This document shows positions 13,836 to 27,108 of a stretch of 64,000 nucleotides of DNA, one piece after another (within the stretch, counting starts at the first letter, position 1; each line of letters opens with the position of its first letter). Source of the stretch: the human T2T-CHM13v2.0 reference genome, Homo sapiens. A model generated the notes under the pieces. It saw only the letters and a list, made by a program, of their open reading frames with translations, ran no database searches and was not told the origin of the DNA. The stretch spans positions 4,288,001-4,352,000 of the forward strand of contig CP086569.2 of NCBI GenBank assembly GCA_009914755.4. Reading direction: 5' to 3'. The translations under genes were made by a program, and so were the position numbers.

Positions 13836-14279
13836 AATAAGGAGATCTCTGTGTAATTTCAAGATTAGGCAATGAGAGGACAGAGAAATTGGCCTGCCTG
13901 TATCATCAGAGCTTAACTAGACAACTAGACAAATACATACTGAATATTTGAATAAAATTTTTCATGTCAACCTAGCTTCCAGGTTAAACACTGAGAAAGA
14001 TATTCTAGCAATGTAATCAAATAATAGAGACCTCAATAAATAAACTATTTGCTTCTTAAATATATTAAATATATTTTCCTTTATTCAAGTATGAGTCAAC
14101 ATTTTGAAAAACAACAATATATAATCCATAAAAAGATCCCATAACATTAATAAAAGAATCACCTCTTAAGAGAAAATAAGAATTATCAAAATTATTTACA
14201 AAAGAAAATTAAAAAATGGACTACATGTTCTGGTCTCTAGTAAATACATGAAATTACTTATACTGTGAAAAATGTGACA

Positions 14280-14800
14280 AATGAGAAGGAAAAGAAATGT
14301 ATACAGGGAGGCTGTGTAGAAACTAAAACCTGTAACAAAACTAAAATTCACAAGATAAACAGTTGAGGAAAACCAACATTTAGAAAATCAAAATGATTAT
14401 GATGCCGAGGCATTTAGTGCAAACTAAAGACACTTTCTCATAATGCAGAGAAAATGACTGAAAATTATGAGAGAAAATATGACAAAAACAATAGATCCAG
14501 TCTACAACTAGTTAGTGTCCCCGAGGGAAATAAGTCAAATCAATATAGCAGAAACAAAAATAGAGTATAATCCAATACATTTTTTTAACAATTGCAAAAG
14601 GTGTAAGCCAAAATGATAAAAAAAAATACAGCCAATAAAATAATACTTGCATAAATTGGGTAACAAAAAAAATTCCAACAAAAATTATGTGAAAACTTCA
14701 AGCCATAATATCACAAAATTAGCATACTAATTTAGGACAGAATAATAATTGCTTAATTTTGTAAAGCCTAATAAAATGTGAATTACAAGTCAAATGGTAA
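14280..14800 (+). mobile_element. possible ancient L1M-type ORF1 fragment
   Basis: The plus-strand translation '...LQLVSVPEGNKSNQYSRNKNR' resembles the L1 ORF1 motif 'NLRLIGVPES...'. The region is A-rich and the match is weak. Confidence 0.3.
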
Positions 14801-16287
14801 ATTGATATGATTCAATGTTTATAATCACATAGACATTTCGAAGTCATTTGCTTATAAAAGTCATGAGATCATTTGTAAGTGAAATGAGACAAACAGGAAT
14901 TTGCCTCCTTACCTATATGTGTCCTCGAAATAGTCATTAATTGCTATTTCTTTAAGCAAAAGAACTCTGCAATTATAAGTTGGTTTCTAAGATTTTTAAA
15001 ATTTTGTTTTTATTGACAAATAATTGTATATATTTATGGGGTACAATGCATTTTTTGCATAATAGATCAACATCAGTGCAATGTTTTGATATGTGTATGA
15101 TTCTTGAGATTTTAAATAAATTATACAGCTAGATCAGAAAGTTGTCTCCTCATTTTTGCAAGATAAAAGCTCAATTCAACCTTGAGTAACTGAAGAACAA
15201 TGCTGAGATGAAAGTTTCTTAAAAGATGTCTTTCCCTGAAGCAATCAATAATGAATGTTGTAAGAGTCTTTCTCTAGGTTTCATGTTTTTAATGTTTTAA
15301 TTTTTAATTTTTGTGGGAACACAGTAGATGTATATAATTGTGAAGTACATGAGATGTTTTCATGCAAGTATGCAAGGCATAAGATTCACATCATGGAGAA
15401 TAAGCTATCCATTTACGCAAGCATTTATCCTTTCTGTTACAAATAATCCAATTATACTATTTTACTTATTTTAAAATGTACAATTAACTTATTATTGACT
15501 AAAGTCACTCTGTTGTGCGACCAAATAATCTCTCTTATTCATTCTAACTATACTTTTTGGATCCATTAACTGTCTCCACCTCCCCCACAGCCCCCCACTA
15601 CCCTCTCCAGACTCTGATAACCATTCTTCTACTCTCTGTGTCCATTTCTATTATTTTGATTTTTAGATCCCACAAGCAAGTGAGAACATGCAATGTTTAT
15701 CTTTCTGTGCCTGGCTTATTTCACTTAACATAATTATCTCCATTTGCATCCACATTGGTGCAAATAACAGAATCTCATTATTTTTTATAGCTGAATAGTA
15801 CTCCACTGGGCTCCACCGTGTATATATACCACATTGTCTTTATCTATTCATCTGCCAATGGACATTTAGGTTGCTTCCAAGTCATAGCTATTGTGAACAG
15901 TGCTGCAACAACCATGGGAGTTCAGATAAGTCTCTGATATACTGTCTTTCTTTTGGGTATACACCCAGCAGTGGGATTGCTGGGTCATATAATATCTCTG
16001 TTTTTAGTTTTTTCCTTCAAACTGTTCTCCATAGTGATTGTACTAATTTACATTCCCACCAACAGTGTAGGAGGCTTCCCTTATCGCCACATCCTTGCCA
16101 GCATGTATTATTGCCTGTCTTTTGGATATTAGCCATTTTAACTAGGGTGAGATGATATCTCATTGTAGTTTTGATTTGCATTTATCTGATGATCAATAAT
16201 GTTGAGTAACTTTTCATATGCCTATTTTTCTTTGGTAGGTATGTTTCTGTTGAGAAATATTTATACAAATATTTTACCTATTCTTTT

Positions 16288-16460
16288 TGTTGATGTTGTT
16301 GTTGTTGTTGAGACGGAGTCTCGCTCTAATGCTGAGGCTGGAGTGCAGTGGCGTGATCTTGGCTCACTGCAACCTCTGCCTCCTGGCTTCAAGCGATTCC
16401 ACTGCCTCAGACTCGTGAGTAGCTGGTATTACAGGCGCCCACCACCACACCTGACTATGT
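16288..16460 (-). repeat. Alu (3' half only) with (GTT)n-modified tail, inserted in L1-A
   Basis: A '(gtt)n' run is followed by 'agacggagtctcgctctaatgctgaggctggagtgcagtggcgtgatcttggctcactgcaacctctgcctcctggcttcaagcgattc...'. Confidence 0.8.
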
Positions 16461-17945
16461 CATTTTTCTTACTATAGCTCTGTGGTATAATTTGAAGTGA
16501 GGTAATGTGATTCTTCCAGTTTTGTTCTGTTGATTAGAATAGCTTTAGCTATTCTGGGTCTTTTGTGGTTCCATATACATTTTGGGATAGTTTCTTTCTA
16601 TTTCTGTGAAGAATTTCACTGGTATTTGATAAGGATTTCTTTGATTCTGTAGATTTCTTTGGGTAGTATGGACATTTGAACAATATAGATTCTTCCACTC
16701 CATGAACATGGAATATTTTTTAGTATGCTTTTCAATTTCTTTTTTCAGTGATTTATAGTTGTTACTATAGACATAGTTTACTTTTTTGTTAATTCTTAGG
16801 TATTTAATTGTATTTGTGGCTATCATAAATGTGATTGCTTTTTTATTTCTTTTTCAGACTCTACTGTTTACAGAGAGAAATACTACTAATTTTTGTACGT
16901 TGATTTTTGTATCCTGCAAATTCACTGAATTTGTTTATCAATTTTAATAGTTTTTTGTGTAGTTTTTAGGTTTTTTAAAATATAAAATCATATCATTTGA
17001 AAACAATTTGACCTTTTCTATTCCGATTTATGTCCTTTATTTCCTTCTTTTGCCTGATTACTCTAGTTAGGACTTCCAGGACTATGCTGAATAACACTGG
17101 TGAAAGTGGGCATCCTTGTTGTGTTTTAAATCTTAGAGGAAAGGCTTTCAGTTTCTCCCCCATTCAGTTTGATACCACCTGTAGGTCTGTAATATATGGC
17201 TTTTATTATGTTGAGAAATGTTTCTTCTATACCCAGTTTTTGAGGGTTTTATTATGAAAGTATGTTGAATTTTATCAAATGCTTTTTCAGCATTAATTAA
17301 AAAATGATGATGTGTTTTTTAGTCTTTATTCTGTTGACACAGTGTATCACATTTTAGTCCCTGGAATAAATCCCAATAGGTAATGATGAATGATTTTTTA
17401 AATGTAAAGTTGAATTTCATTTGTTAGTATTTTGTTGAGGATTTTTTGCATCAATATGAATCAGCGATATTGGCCAATAGTTTTCTTTCTTTTTTTTCTT
17501 TTTTTAATATGTGTCTAGTTTTGGTATTAAGGCAGTACTGGCCTCATAGAATGAGTTTGGAAGTATTCCCTCCTCCTCTATTTTTTGGAATAGTTTGAGT
17601 AGGATTAGTATTAGTTTTTCTTTATATTTTGGTAGAATTCAGTAGTGAAACCATCAAGTCCAGGGCTTGTTTTTTACTGGGAAATTTTTATTATGCCTTC
17701 TATCACATTGCATTTTATTGGTCTGTTCAGCTTTCGGATTTCTTCCTAGTTTAATCTTGGTAGGTTGTACGTGTCCAGGAATGTGTCAATTTCTTTTAGC
17801 TTTTCCAAGTTTTTAGTAGATTGTTGCTCATAGTAGACAGTAGTGATTTTTTGTACAATTTCTGTACAATTTCTACAGTATCAGTTGTAATGTAACTTTT
17901 TTCATTTCTGATTTTATTCATTTGGATCTTCTCTTTTTTTCTTAG

Positions 17946-18495
<550 letters not shown>

Positions 18496-20644
18496 TAGTA
18501 CTGCTTCTCTTTTATCACATAGGTTTTGTTATATTTTGTTTTTATTATCATTTGTTTCCAGAAATTTTTTAATTTCCTTCTTAATTTTTTGTGGAGCCAA
18601 TGGTCATTCAGTGGCATATTGTTTATTTTACATGTATTTGTATCACTTACAAAATTTCTTGTTATTAATTTCCATTGGTTTTATTCCATTGTGGTTAGAG
18701 TATATGCTTAATATTATTTATATTTTTGAATGATTTAAGACTTGTGACCTAATATATGGTTTAACATTGAGAATAATCCATGTTTTGAGGAAAGAATGTG
18801 TATTCCACAGTTGTTGAATGAAATGTTCTGTAACTATCTTTTAGAACCATGTGATCTACAGTGCATATTGTTTTATGTTTCTTTGTTGATTTTATGTTTG
18901 GAAAATGTGTTCAATGCTGAAGGTGAGCTGTTGAAGTCTTCAGCTATTATTGCATTGGGGTATATCACTGTCTTGTGTTTTAACATTATTTGCTTTATAT
19001 ATCTGGGTGCTCTACTGTTGGATGCATATATACTTAAAATTGTTATATCCCCTTGCTGAATTGACCTCTTTGCCATTATATAGTGACCTTCTTTGTCTCT
19101 TCTTGTAGTTTTTGTCTTGAAATCTGTTTTGTCTGATATAAATATAGCTAATTATGCTCGTATTTGGGTTTCATGGCATGGAATAGCTCCTTTTATCCCT
19201 TTATTTTCAGTCTGTGTGTCTTTAGAGGTAAAGCATGTTTCTTGTGGGCATCAGTTAATGGATTTTATTTTTTCATCGATTAAGCTAGTGTATGTCTTTT
19301 GATTGGAGAGTTTAGCCCATTTACATACAATGTTATTATTGATAAGTAAGGACTTAATCCTGCCATTTTCTTATTATTTTTCTAGTTGTTTTATATGCTC
19401 TTCTCTTTCTTCTCTTTCCTTCCTCTATTCCTCTAGTGAAGGTGATTTTTCTCTGGTGATATGATTTAGTTTCTTGCTTTTTCTGTGTTTCATAATCAAT
19501 TGTATATTTTTATTTGAGTTTACCATGAGGCTTGCAAATACTATCTTATAACCCATTATTTTAACCTGATAACAACTTAACACTGTTTGTATAATGAAAC
19601 AATAAGAAAAAAAGAAACTTAAGAAAAACTCTACACTTTAACTTTGTCCACCCACTTTTTAGTTTTTTTGTTGTTGTTTCTGTTTACATGTTATTATACT
19701 ATGTCTTGAAAAGTTCTTGTAGTTATTATTTTGGATCACTTCATCATTTAGTCTTTCTACTTAGGATAAGAGTATTTTACACACCACAGTTACAGTGTTA
19801 ATGATAGTCTGTATTTTTCTGTATACTTATTACTATCCGTGAGTATTGCATCGTCAGATAATTAGTTATTGTTCTTTAATATTCTTTTTTTTCTGATTGA
19901 AGTACTCCTTTCTGCATTTCTTGTATGAAAAGTCTGGGGTTGATGACATTAGCAGCTTTTGATTTTCTGGAAAAGTTGCTATTCCTCTTTTGGTTTTGAA
20001 GGATATTTTCCCTGGACATACTCTTCTAGGGTAAAAGTTGTTTTGTTTTGTTTTGTTTTTCTCTTCAGCCCTTTAAATATGTCAAACCAGTCTCTCTTGG
20101 CCTCTAAGGTTTCCACTGAAAAGTCTCCTGCCAGCCAGACATATTGGAGCTCCATTGCATGTTGTTTCTTTTATCTTGTTGCTTTTAGGATCATTTCTTT
20201 ATCCTTTGTCTTTGGGAGTTTGATTATTAAATGCCTTGAGGTAGTCTTCTTGGGTTAAATCTGCTTGACGTTCTATAACCTTCTTGTGTTCAGATATTGA
20301 TACTTTACATTTACAAAATTGTCTGTTCTTATTCCTTTGAATAAACTTTCTACCCCTATCTCTTTCTTTTCCCCTGTCTTTAAGGAAATAACTCTTAAGT
20401 TTGCCCTTTTGAGGTTGTTTTCTAGATCCTATAAGCATGTTTCATTGTTGTTTTATTACTTTTACTTTCATCTCGTGTGACCATGTATTTTCAAATAGCC
20501 TGTATTCAAGCTCATTTATTTTTTCTTCTATTAGCTCAGTTCTGTTATTAAAAGTCACCAAAGCAGCTACAGCTAAAATCATTTTCTGATTTTCTGATTT
20601 CATCTCTGATCATTTTCCAGTAGCTAATTGCCTTTTTAACGGAG

Positions 20645-21281
20645 GTATTGCTCCTCACAAGAAGGCATTAGCTGCTGGCATCTGCCCACAGACCCTGACC
20701 CAAATGACAGATGAATAAAACATACACTGACACACAGATACTCTGTTTTGCCAGTCCTGCTGCATGTCCGACCACCTGCGCACCAAGAAAGGATTGTCAA
20801 TGTGGCTGGCCTTGAGCAGCTCGCACTCAGGGCATTTATTTAGTATACAATTAACAACAGACGCTCTGAGTCAACACACTTGTGGAGAATTAACATGGTT
20901 AAGAGAGTAGTTCTAGGAATGATTAAAGCTCTGGTACCTCTGTTGAAGGTAAATACCATTAGGGGGCAATATCCCTAGTCGACCTCCCCCGCCCCAGGGC
21001 CATTTGGCTCAAAGGTTAGTTAATGCAGGTAGGATAAATAGACATAACTGGGGAAGCCTCTATCGTCCCTAGTATTTACCCTATGACCTAATGCTCTAAG
21101 GTAAGAACCAGCTGCCTTCAGCCTATTCAATTATTACAAGATAGGTAACCTTTCAGCCTTTCCAAACATAAAATCAACAAAGAAACAAAAGGTTTGTGAC
21201 TATTCCTGCAACTTTCCTTAATATTTCCCTTTAATATTTCTGCCACCATCCTGAGTGAATCCCAACATTTCACTGCAGAAC
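20645..21281. mobile_element. Unclassified ~640-bp insertion inside L1-A ORF1 region (candidate solo LTR or other non-L1 insert)
   Basis: Alignment with the paralogous stretch of the neighbouring L1-B (29400-29470) shows L1 sequence on both sides ('...gcctttttaac' | insert | '...ctgcttgatttttttaattatttcaatc'). The insert is GC-richer than the surrounding L1. Read on the minus strand it begins 'TGcagtgaaatgttggg' and ends 'cttgtgaggagCA'. A plus-strand AATAAA lies near 20713. Confidence 0.35.
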
Positions 21282-21617
21282 CTCTGCTTGATTTTTTTAA
21301 TTATTTCAATCTTTTTGTTAAATTTATCTTATAGAATTTTAAATTCCTTCTGTGTGTTATATTGAGTATTTTTGAGTTTTCTCAACATAGATATTTTGAA
21401 TTCTCTGTCTGAAAGCTCACGTATTTGTGCCTTTTTCAGGATTTGTGTTTTTGCTGGTGTTTTATTTATTTGGTGAAATCGTGTTTTTCTGGATAGTGTT
21501 GATGCTAGTAGGTGTTCTTTGATGTCTTGGCATTGAAGAGTTTGGTATTTATTGTAATCTTCACTGTCTGGGCTTGTTTGTATCTGCCCTTCTTGGGAAA
21601 GCTTTCCAGATATTTGA

Positions 21618-21951
<334 letters not shown>

Positions 21952-24900
21952 TGCATGTTGTGATTTTAGCTGTAGCTGCTTTGGTGAGCATTTCAAGTTC
22001 AGTAACACTGTGGTTCTTTCACATCCATAGAGGCACTATTTTAATGGTGTTTGACAAGATCCGGAAGAATTTTCTGGATTACTAGGCAGAGATCTGATTC
22101 TCTTACCTTGCTTTCTCCCAAATAAATGGAGTCTCTCTGTCTGTTCCGAAACACCATTGCTGGGGTTGGAGAGACACAAGCATTGCTGTGGCCACCATCA
22201 CTGTGACTATGCTGGATCAGACCTGAAGTCAGCACAGCACTGGATCTTGCCCTAGTTCTGCTGTAACCACGACCTGGCTACTGCCTATGTTCGCTCAAGG
22301 CCCTGGTGCTCTACAATCACCAGGTGGCAAAGCCAGCCAGGCCATTCTCCTTCCCTTCATGGTGGCAAGTTCATTCATTCAGGCTCCAGGTGAATCCAGA
22401 TGTGCTGCCTGGGAGTGAGGCACTAGAGTAAAAGATCTTAGAAGTCTTCCTGGTTTTCTGTTTTACTGTGGCTGAGCTGGCACCCAAGCCACAAGATGCA
22501 GTCCTTCGCAATCTTCCCTCCACTTTATACAGGCAGAGGAGCCTCTCTCTGTAGCCACTGCCATCTCAGGCCACGGGGAGTTCCGCGAGATGCCACCAAT
22601 ATTCCCTTAAGGCCCAAAGGCCCTTCAGTCAGCTTTTGGTAAGTGCTGTCTGGCCTGGAACTCACCCTTTAGGGGAGTGGGCCTCTCTGTCTCAGGGCAG
22701 GTCCAGAGTTGCTGTCCAAGAGTCAAGTCCTGAAATTGTGGACCCCCAATAGCCCACTTGATGCTCTGGCACCCTATGTCCATGCTGGTACCTAAGATGC
22801 AAGACAAAGTCCCCTCTACTTTTCCCTCTTCTTTTCTCAAGCAAAAGAAGTTTTGCCACCAGAGCTGGTAATGTGTTGAGTCTCAACTGAAGCCAGCAAG
22901 TCTCAGGGGCTCGCCAAGGCCCTAGCTATAGTACCTGGGTATCATTGTTGGTTATTCAGGGCCTAGGGGCTCTTCAGTTAGTAGGTTATAAATGCTGGCA
23001 GGACTGGATCCTTTTCTTCTGGGACAGAAGTGGCTTCCCTTCTCTCCCAGAGTGTGTCTATAAGTGTCCTCTGGCCGCTAGGTCCTGGAAGAGAGGCCTC
23101 ATTACTCTGACTGGTACCCTATCTTACTGTGCCTGCGCTGGGTAGCCAAGATGCAAGACAACATCCTCCCCATTCTTTCTTCTCCTCTCTTCAAGTGGAA
23201 AAAGAAATCTCTTTTGGAGCCCTGAACTCTTCTGCCTGGGGTCAGTGGAGGGGTGATGCCAGCACTCCCTTACCTTCCCCAAGCAGTGTCTTAGTAGGTC
23301 TCATGCCCTCTTCAGTCCACTCTCTCTGGGCCCAGTTTAGCCCTAGGTCTCATCTAACAGTTGCAGTCCCTATGGCCTAGATTCCCTTTTAAGTTGACTT
23401 AGAGACCAAGAGCACTTTGGACCACAGTGGAGAGACTTGTGGGAACTCAAGTTCCAACTGCTGGAATTGGTGATTCCCCTCTGGCTAGGGCTGCTTTAAA
23501 TGCTCCCTACTTGGGCAGGCATTAGCTGAGTTTGGTCCAGCTTTCCTTTCTGCTCTAACAGGGCAGCACCAAGTTCAGTGATTCACAATTTCTGTGTTCT
23601 CCCTCTTCCAGCACCCAGAGAGACTCTGCATCAAGCTGCCACTGCTAGGTGGTGGGGTGAGGGTGACGTCAATAATTCAAGAGACTGTTTTTTCTATTTC
23701 TTCAGTGTCCCCTTCAGCAATACAGAGTTAAATCTCAGTATTATGAGGCCTCACCTGATTTTTGGTTCTTATGAATGTGTTTTTTATTTTCTGTGTAAAC
23801 AATTTTTAAACCGATGTCCTTGTACAAGGGATGGTCTGTGGAGTCTTTTATTCTGCCATCTTGCTCCTAAGACTAAAATTCAGAATCCATACAATTAGTA
23901 TATTTCTTTCTTTTCAGAAAGTACATACACTTCTGTTGTTTGTTTCTCCTGAAATTAGTTTTGACATCATTCTTTTTAAGTTGTTTTTATTTTTAATTTT
24001 TGTAGGTATGTATCAGGTGTATATATTTATATTTATGAGACATGTGAGATATTTTGGTACAGGCATGCAATGCATAATAGTTACACCATGGAGAATGGGG
24101 TATCCATCACGTGAAGCATTTATTTTTTGTGTTACAAACAATCCAATCAAAGTCTTTTAGTTGTTTTTAAATTTACAGTGAAAGTATTACTGACTACAAT
24201 CATCCTGTTGTGTTATCAAATATGAGGTCTTATTCATTCTTTCTAATTATTGTTTTCTACACACTAACCATCTCCAAATTCTCCCTACCCCTCCACTACC
24301 CTTCCCAGCTTACTCTTCTGGTAAGCATCCTTCTAGTCTCTATTTCCATTAGTTCAATTGTTTAGATTTTTAGATCCCACAAACGAGAACATGCAGTGTT
24401 TGTATTTCTGTGCCTGGCATATTTCACTTAAGATAATGATCTTCAGTTCTATTCATATTGTTGCAATGACAATATCTCATTCTTTTTTATGGTTGAATAG
24501 TACTCCATTGTATGTAGGTACCACATTTTCCTCATCCATTCATCTGCTGGTGGACACTTAGGTTGCTTTCACATCTTGGCTATTGTGAGCAGAGCTGCAA
24601 AAAACATGGAATTGCAGATATGTTTTCAATATACTGATTTCCTTTTTTTGGGGGGGAGAAGGGGGTATATAACCAGCCGTAGGATTGCTGGATAATATGG
24701 TAGCTCTATTTTTAGTTTTTCGAGAAACCTTAAAATTGTTTCTTATAGTGGTTATACTAATTAACATTCGCGCCAACAGTGTACAAGTGTTTCCTTGTTT
24801 CCACATTCTTGCCAGCATTTATTATCGGTTGACTTATAGATAAAAGCCATTTTAACAGGGGTGAGATACTGTCTCTTTGTAATATTGATTTGCATTTCTG

Positions 24901-25519
24901 TGATGATAAATGATGGTGAGCACCTTTTTCATATGACTGTTTGCCATTTTGATGTCTTCTTTTGAGAAATGTATATCCAAATATTTTGCCCATTTTTATA
25001 TTGGATTGTTAGATCTCTTCCTATGTAATTTTTTGACCTCCTTAAATATTCTTGTTATTAATCCTCTGTCAGAAGTGTAGTTTGCAGATGTTTTCTCTCA
25101 TTCTGTGGGTTTTTTCATCACTTTGTTAATGGTTTCCTTTGCCCTGCAGAAGCATTTTAACTTGATGTGATCTCATTTAACCATATTTGTTTTGTTTGCC
25201 TGTGCTTGTGGGGTATTGCTCAAGACATTTTTGCCCAAATCAATGTTTTGGAGAGTTTTCCCAATGTGTATAATTTTAGTAGTTTCATAATTTGGGGTCT
25301 TAGATTTATGGCTTTAATACATTTTCCTTGGATTTTTTAAGGTGAGAGATGGGGGTCAAGTTTTATTTTTCTGCATATGGATACCCAGTTTTCTCAGCAA
25401 CATGTATTGAAAATACTGTCTTCTCCCCAATGAATATTCTTAGTGCCTTTGTCAAAAATTAGTTCACTGTAGGTCTGTGGATTTGTATATGGGTTCTCTA
25501 TTCTTTTCTACAGATCTAT

Positions 25520-26551
25520 GTGTAGGGAAAAGAAAGAGAGATCAGACTGTTACTGTGTCTATGTAGAAAGCGAAGACATAAGAGACTCCATTTTGAAAAA
25601 TACCTGTACTTTAAATGATTGCTTTGCTGAGATGTTGTTAATTTGTAGCTTTGCCCCAGCCACTTTGACCCAATCACTTTGACCCAACCTGGAGCTCACA
25701 AAAACATGTGTTGTATGAAATCAAGATTTAAGGGATCTAGGGCTGTGCAGGACATGCCTTGTTAACAAAATGTTTACAAGCAGTATACCTGGTAAAAGTC
25801 ATCGCCATTCTCTAGTCTTAATAAACCAGGGGCACAGTGCACTGCGGAAAGCCGCAGGGACCTCTGCCCTTGAAAGCTGGGTATTGTCCAAGGTTTCTCC
25901 CCATGTGATAGTCTGAAATATGGCCTCGTGGGATGAGAAAGACCTGACCGTCCCCCAGCCCGACACCCGTAAAGGGTCTGTGCTGAAGTGGATTAGTAAA
26001 AGAGGAAAGCCTCTTGCAGTTGAGATAGAGGAAAGCCACTGTCTGCTGCCTGCCCCTGAGAACTGAATGTCTCGGTATAAAACCTGATTGTACATTTGTT
26101 CAGTTCTGAGATAAGAGAAAAACCACCCTATGGTGGGAGGTGAGACATGTTTGCGGCAATGCTGCCTTGTTATTCTTTACTCTGCTGAGATGTTTGGGTG
26201 GAAAGAAACATAAATCTGGCTTACGTACACGTCCAGTCATAGTACCTTCCCTTGAACTTCATTATGACGTAGATTCTATTGCTCACATGTTTGTTGCTGA
26301 CCTTCTCCTTATGATCACCCTGCCCTCCTACGACATTCCTTTTTACTGAAATAATGAAAATAATAATCAATAAAAACTGAGGGAACTCAGAGACCAGTGC
26401 TGGTGCAGGTCCTTTGTATGCTGAGTGCCGGTACCCTGGGCCCACTGTTGTTTCTCTATACTTTGTCTCTGTGTCTTATTTCTCTTTCTCAGTCTCTCGT
26501 CCCACCTGACTAGAAATACCCACAGGTGTGCAGGGGCAGGCCATCCCTTCA
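25520..26551 (+). mobile_element. Solo LTR of HERV-K (HML-2) LTR5 family (diverged; LTR5A/LTR5B-like rather than LTR5_Hs), with 6-bp TSD
   Basis: The element starts 'tgtagggaaaagaaagagagatcagactgttactgtgtctatgtagaaag' and contains 'ccaaggtttctccccatgtgatagtctgaaatatggcctcgtgggatgagaaagacctgaccgtcccccagcccgacacccgtaaagggtctgtgctga'. It ends '...cacaggtgtgcaggggcaggccatcccttca', as LTR5 ends '...ggtgtg.aggggca.cc.cccctaca'. The direct repeat 'tctatg' lies immediately 5' (25514-25519) and 3' (26552-26557). L1-B sequence resumes on both sides. Confidence 0.8.
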
Positions 26552-26766
26552 TCTATGTGTGTATTTTTTATTCCAGTCCCATGCCATTTGTTTACTACAC
26601 CCCGTAGTATAATTTGAAGTTCAGTTACGTGATTCCTCTGTTTTTTGTTTGTTTGTTTGTTTTGTTTTTTCCTTTTTGCTCAGGATACCTTTGGCTCTTC
26701 TGGGTCTTTTTTCATTGTTTGTGAATTTTAGGATATTTTTCCCTGTTTCTGTGAAAAATGTCATTG

Positions 26767-26767
<1 letters not shown>

Positions 26768-26816
<49 letters not shown>

Positions 26817-27108
26817 TTGAGATGGAGTCTCTCTCTGTCACCCAGGCTGGAGTTCAGTGGCACTATCTTGGCTCAATGCAACCTCCGCCTCCTGGGTTCA
26901 AGTGATTCTCTTGCCTCAGCCTCCCCAGTAGCTGGGACTACAGGTGCATGCCACCATGGCTGGTTAAATTTTTTTTTTTTTTGTATTTTTAGTAGAGACG
27001 GGGTTTCACCATGTTAGCCAGGATGGTCTCCATCTGCTGACTTCATGACTCGCCTGCCTCGACCTCCCCAAGTGCTGGGATTACAGGTGTGAGCCACCAT
27101 GCCCAGCC
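26768..27108 (-). repeat. Alu, full length, antisense, with (ATT)n tail (~16 units)
   Basis: The (att)n run at 26768-26817 is followed by 'gagatggagtctctctctgtcacccaggctggagttcagtggcactatcttggctcaatgcaacctccgcctcctgggttcaagtgattc...gtgagccaccatgcccagcc'. Confidence 0.9.

Noticed and set aside
26649-27017. 122-aa ORF containing an isoleucine run
   Set aside because: The translation runs through (ATT)16 and then an antisense Alu. It is purely a repeat artefact.
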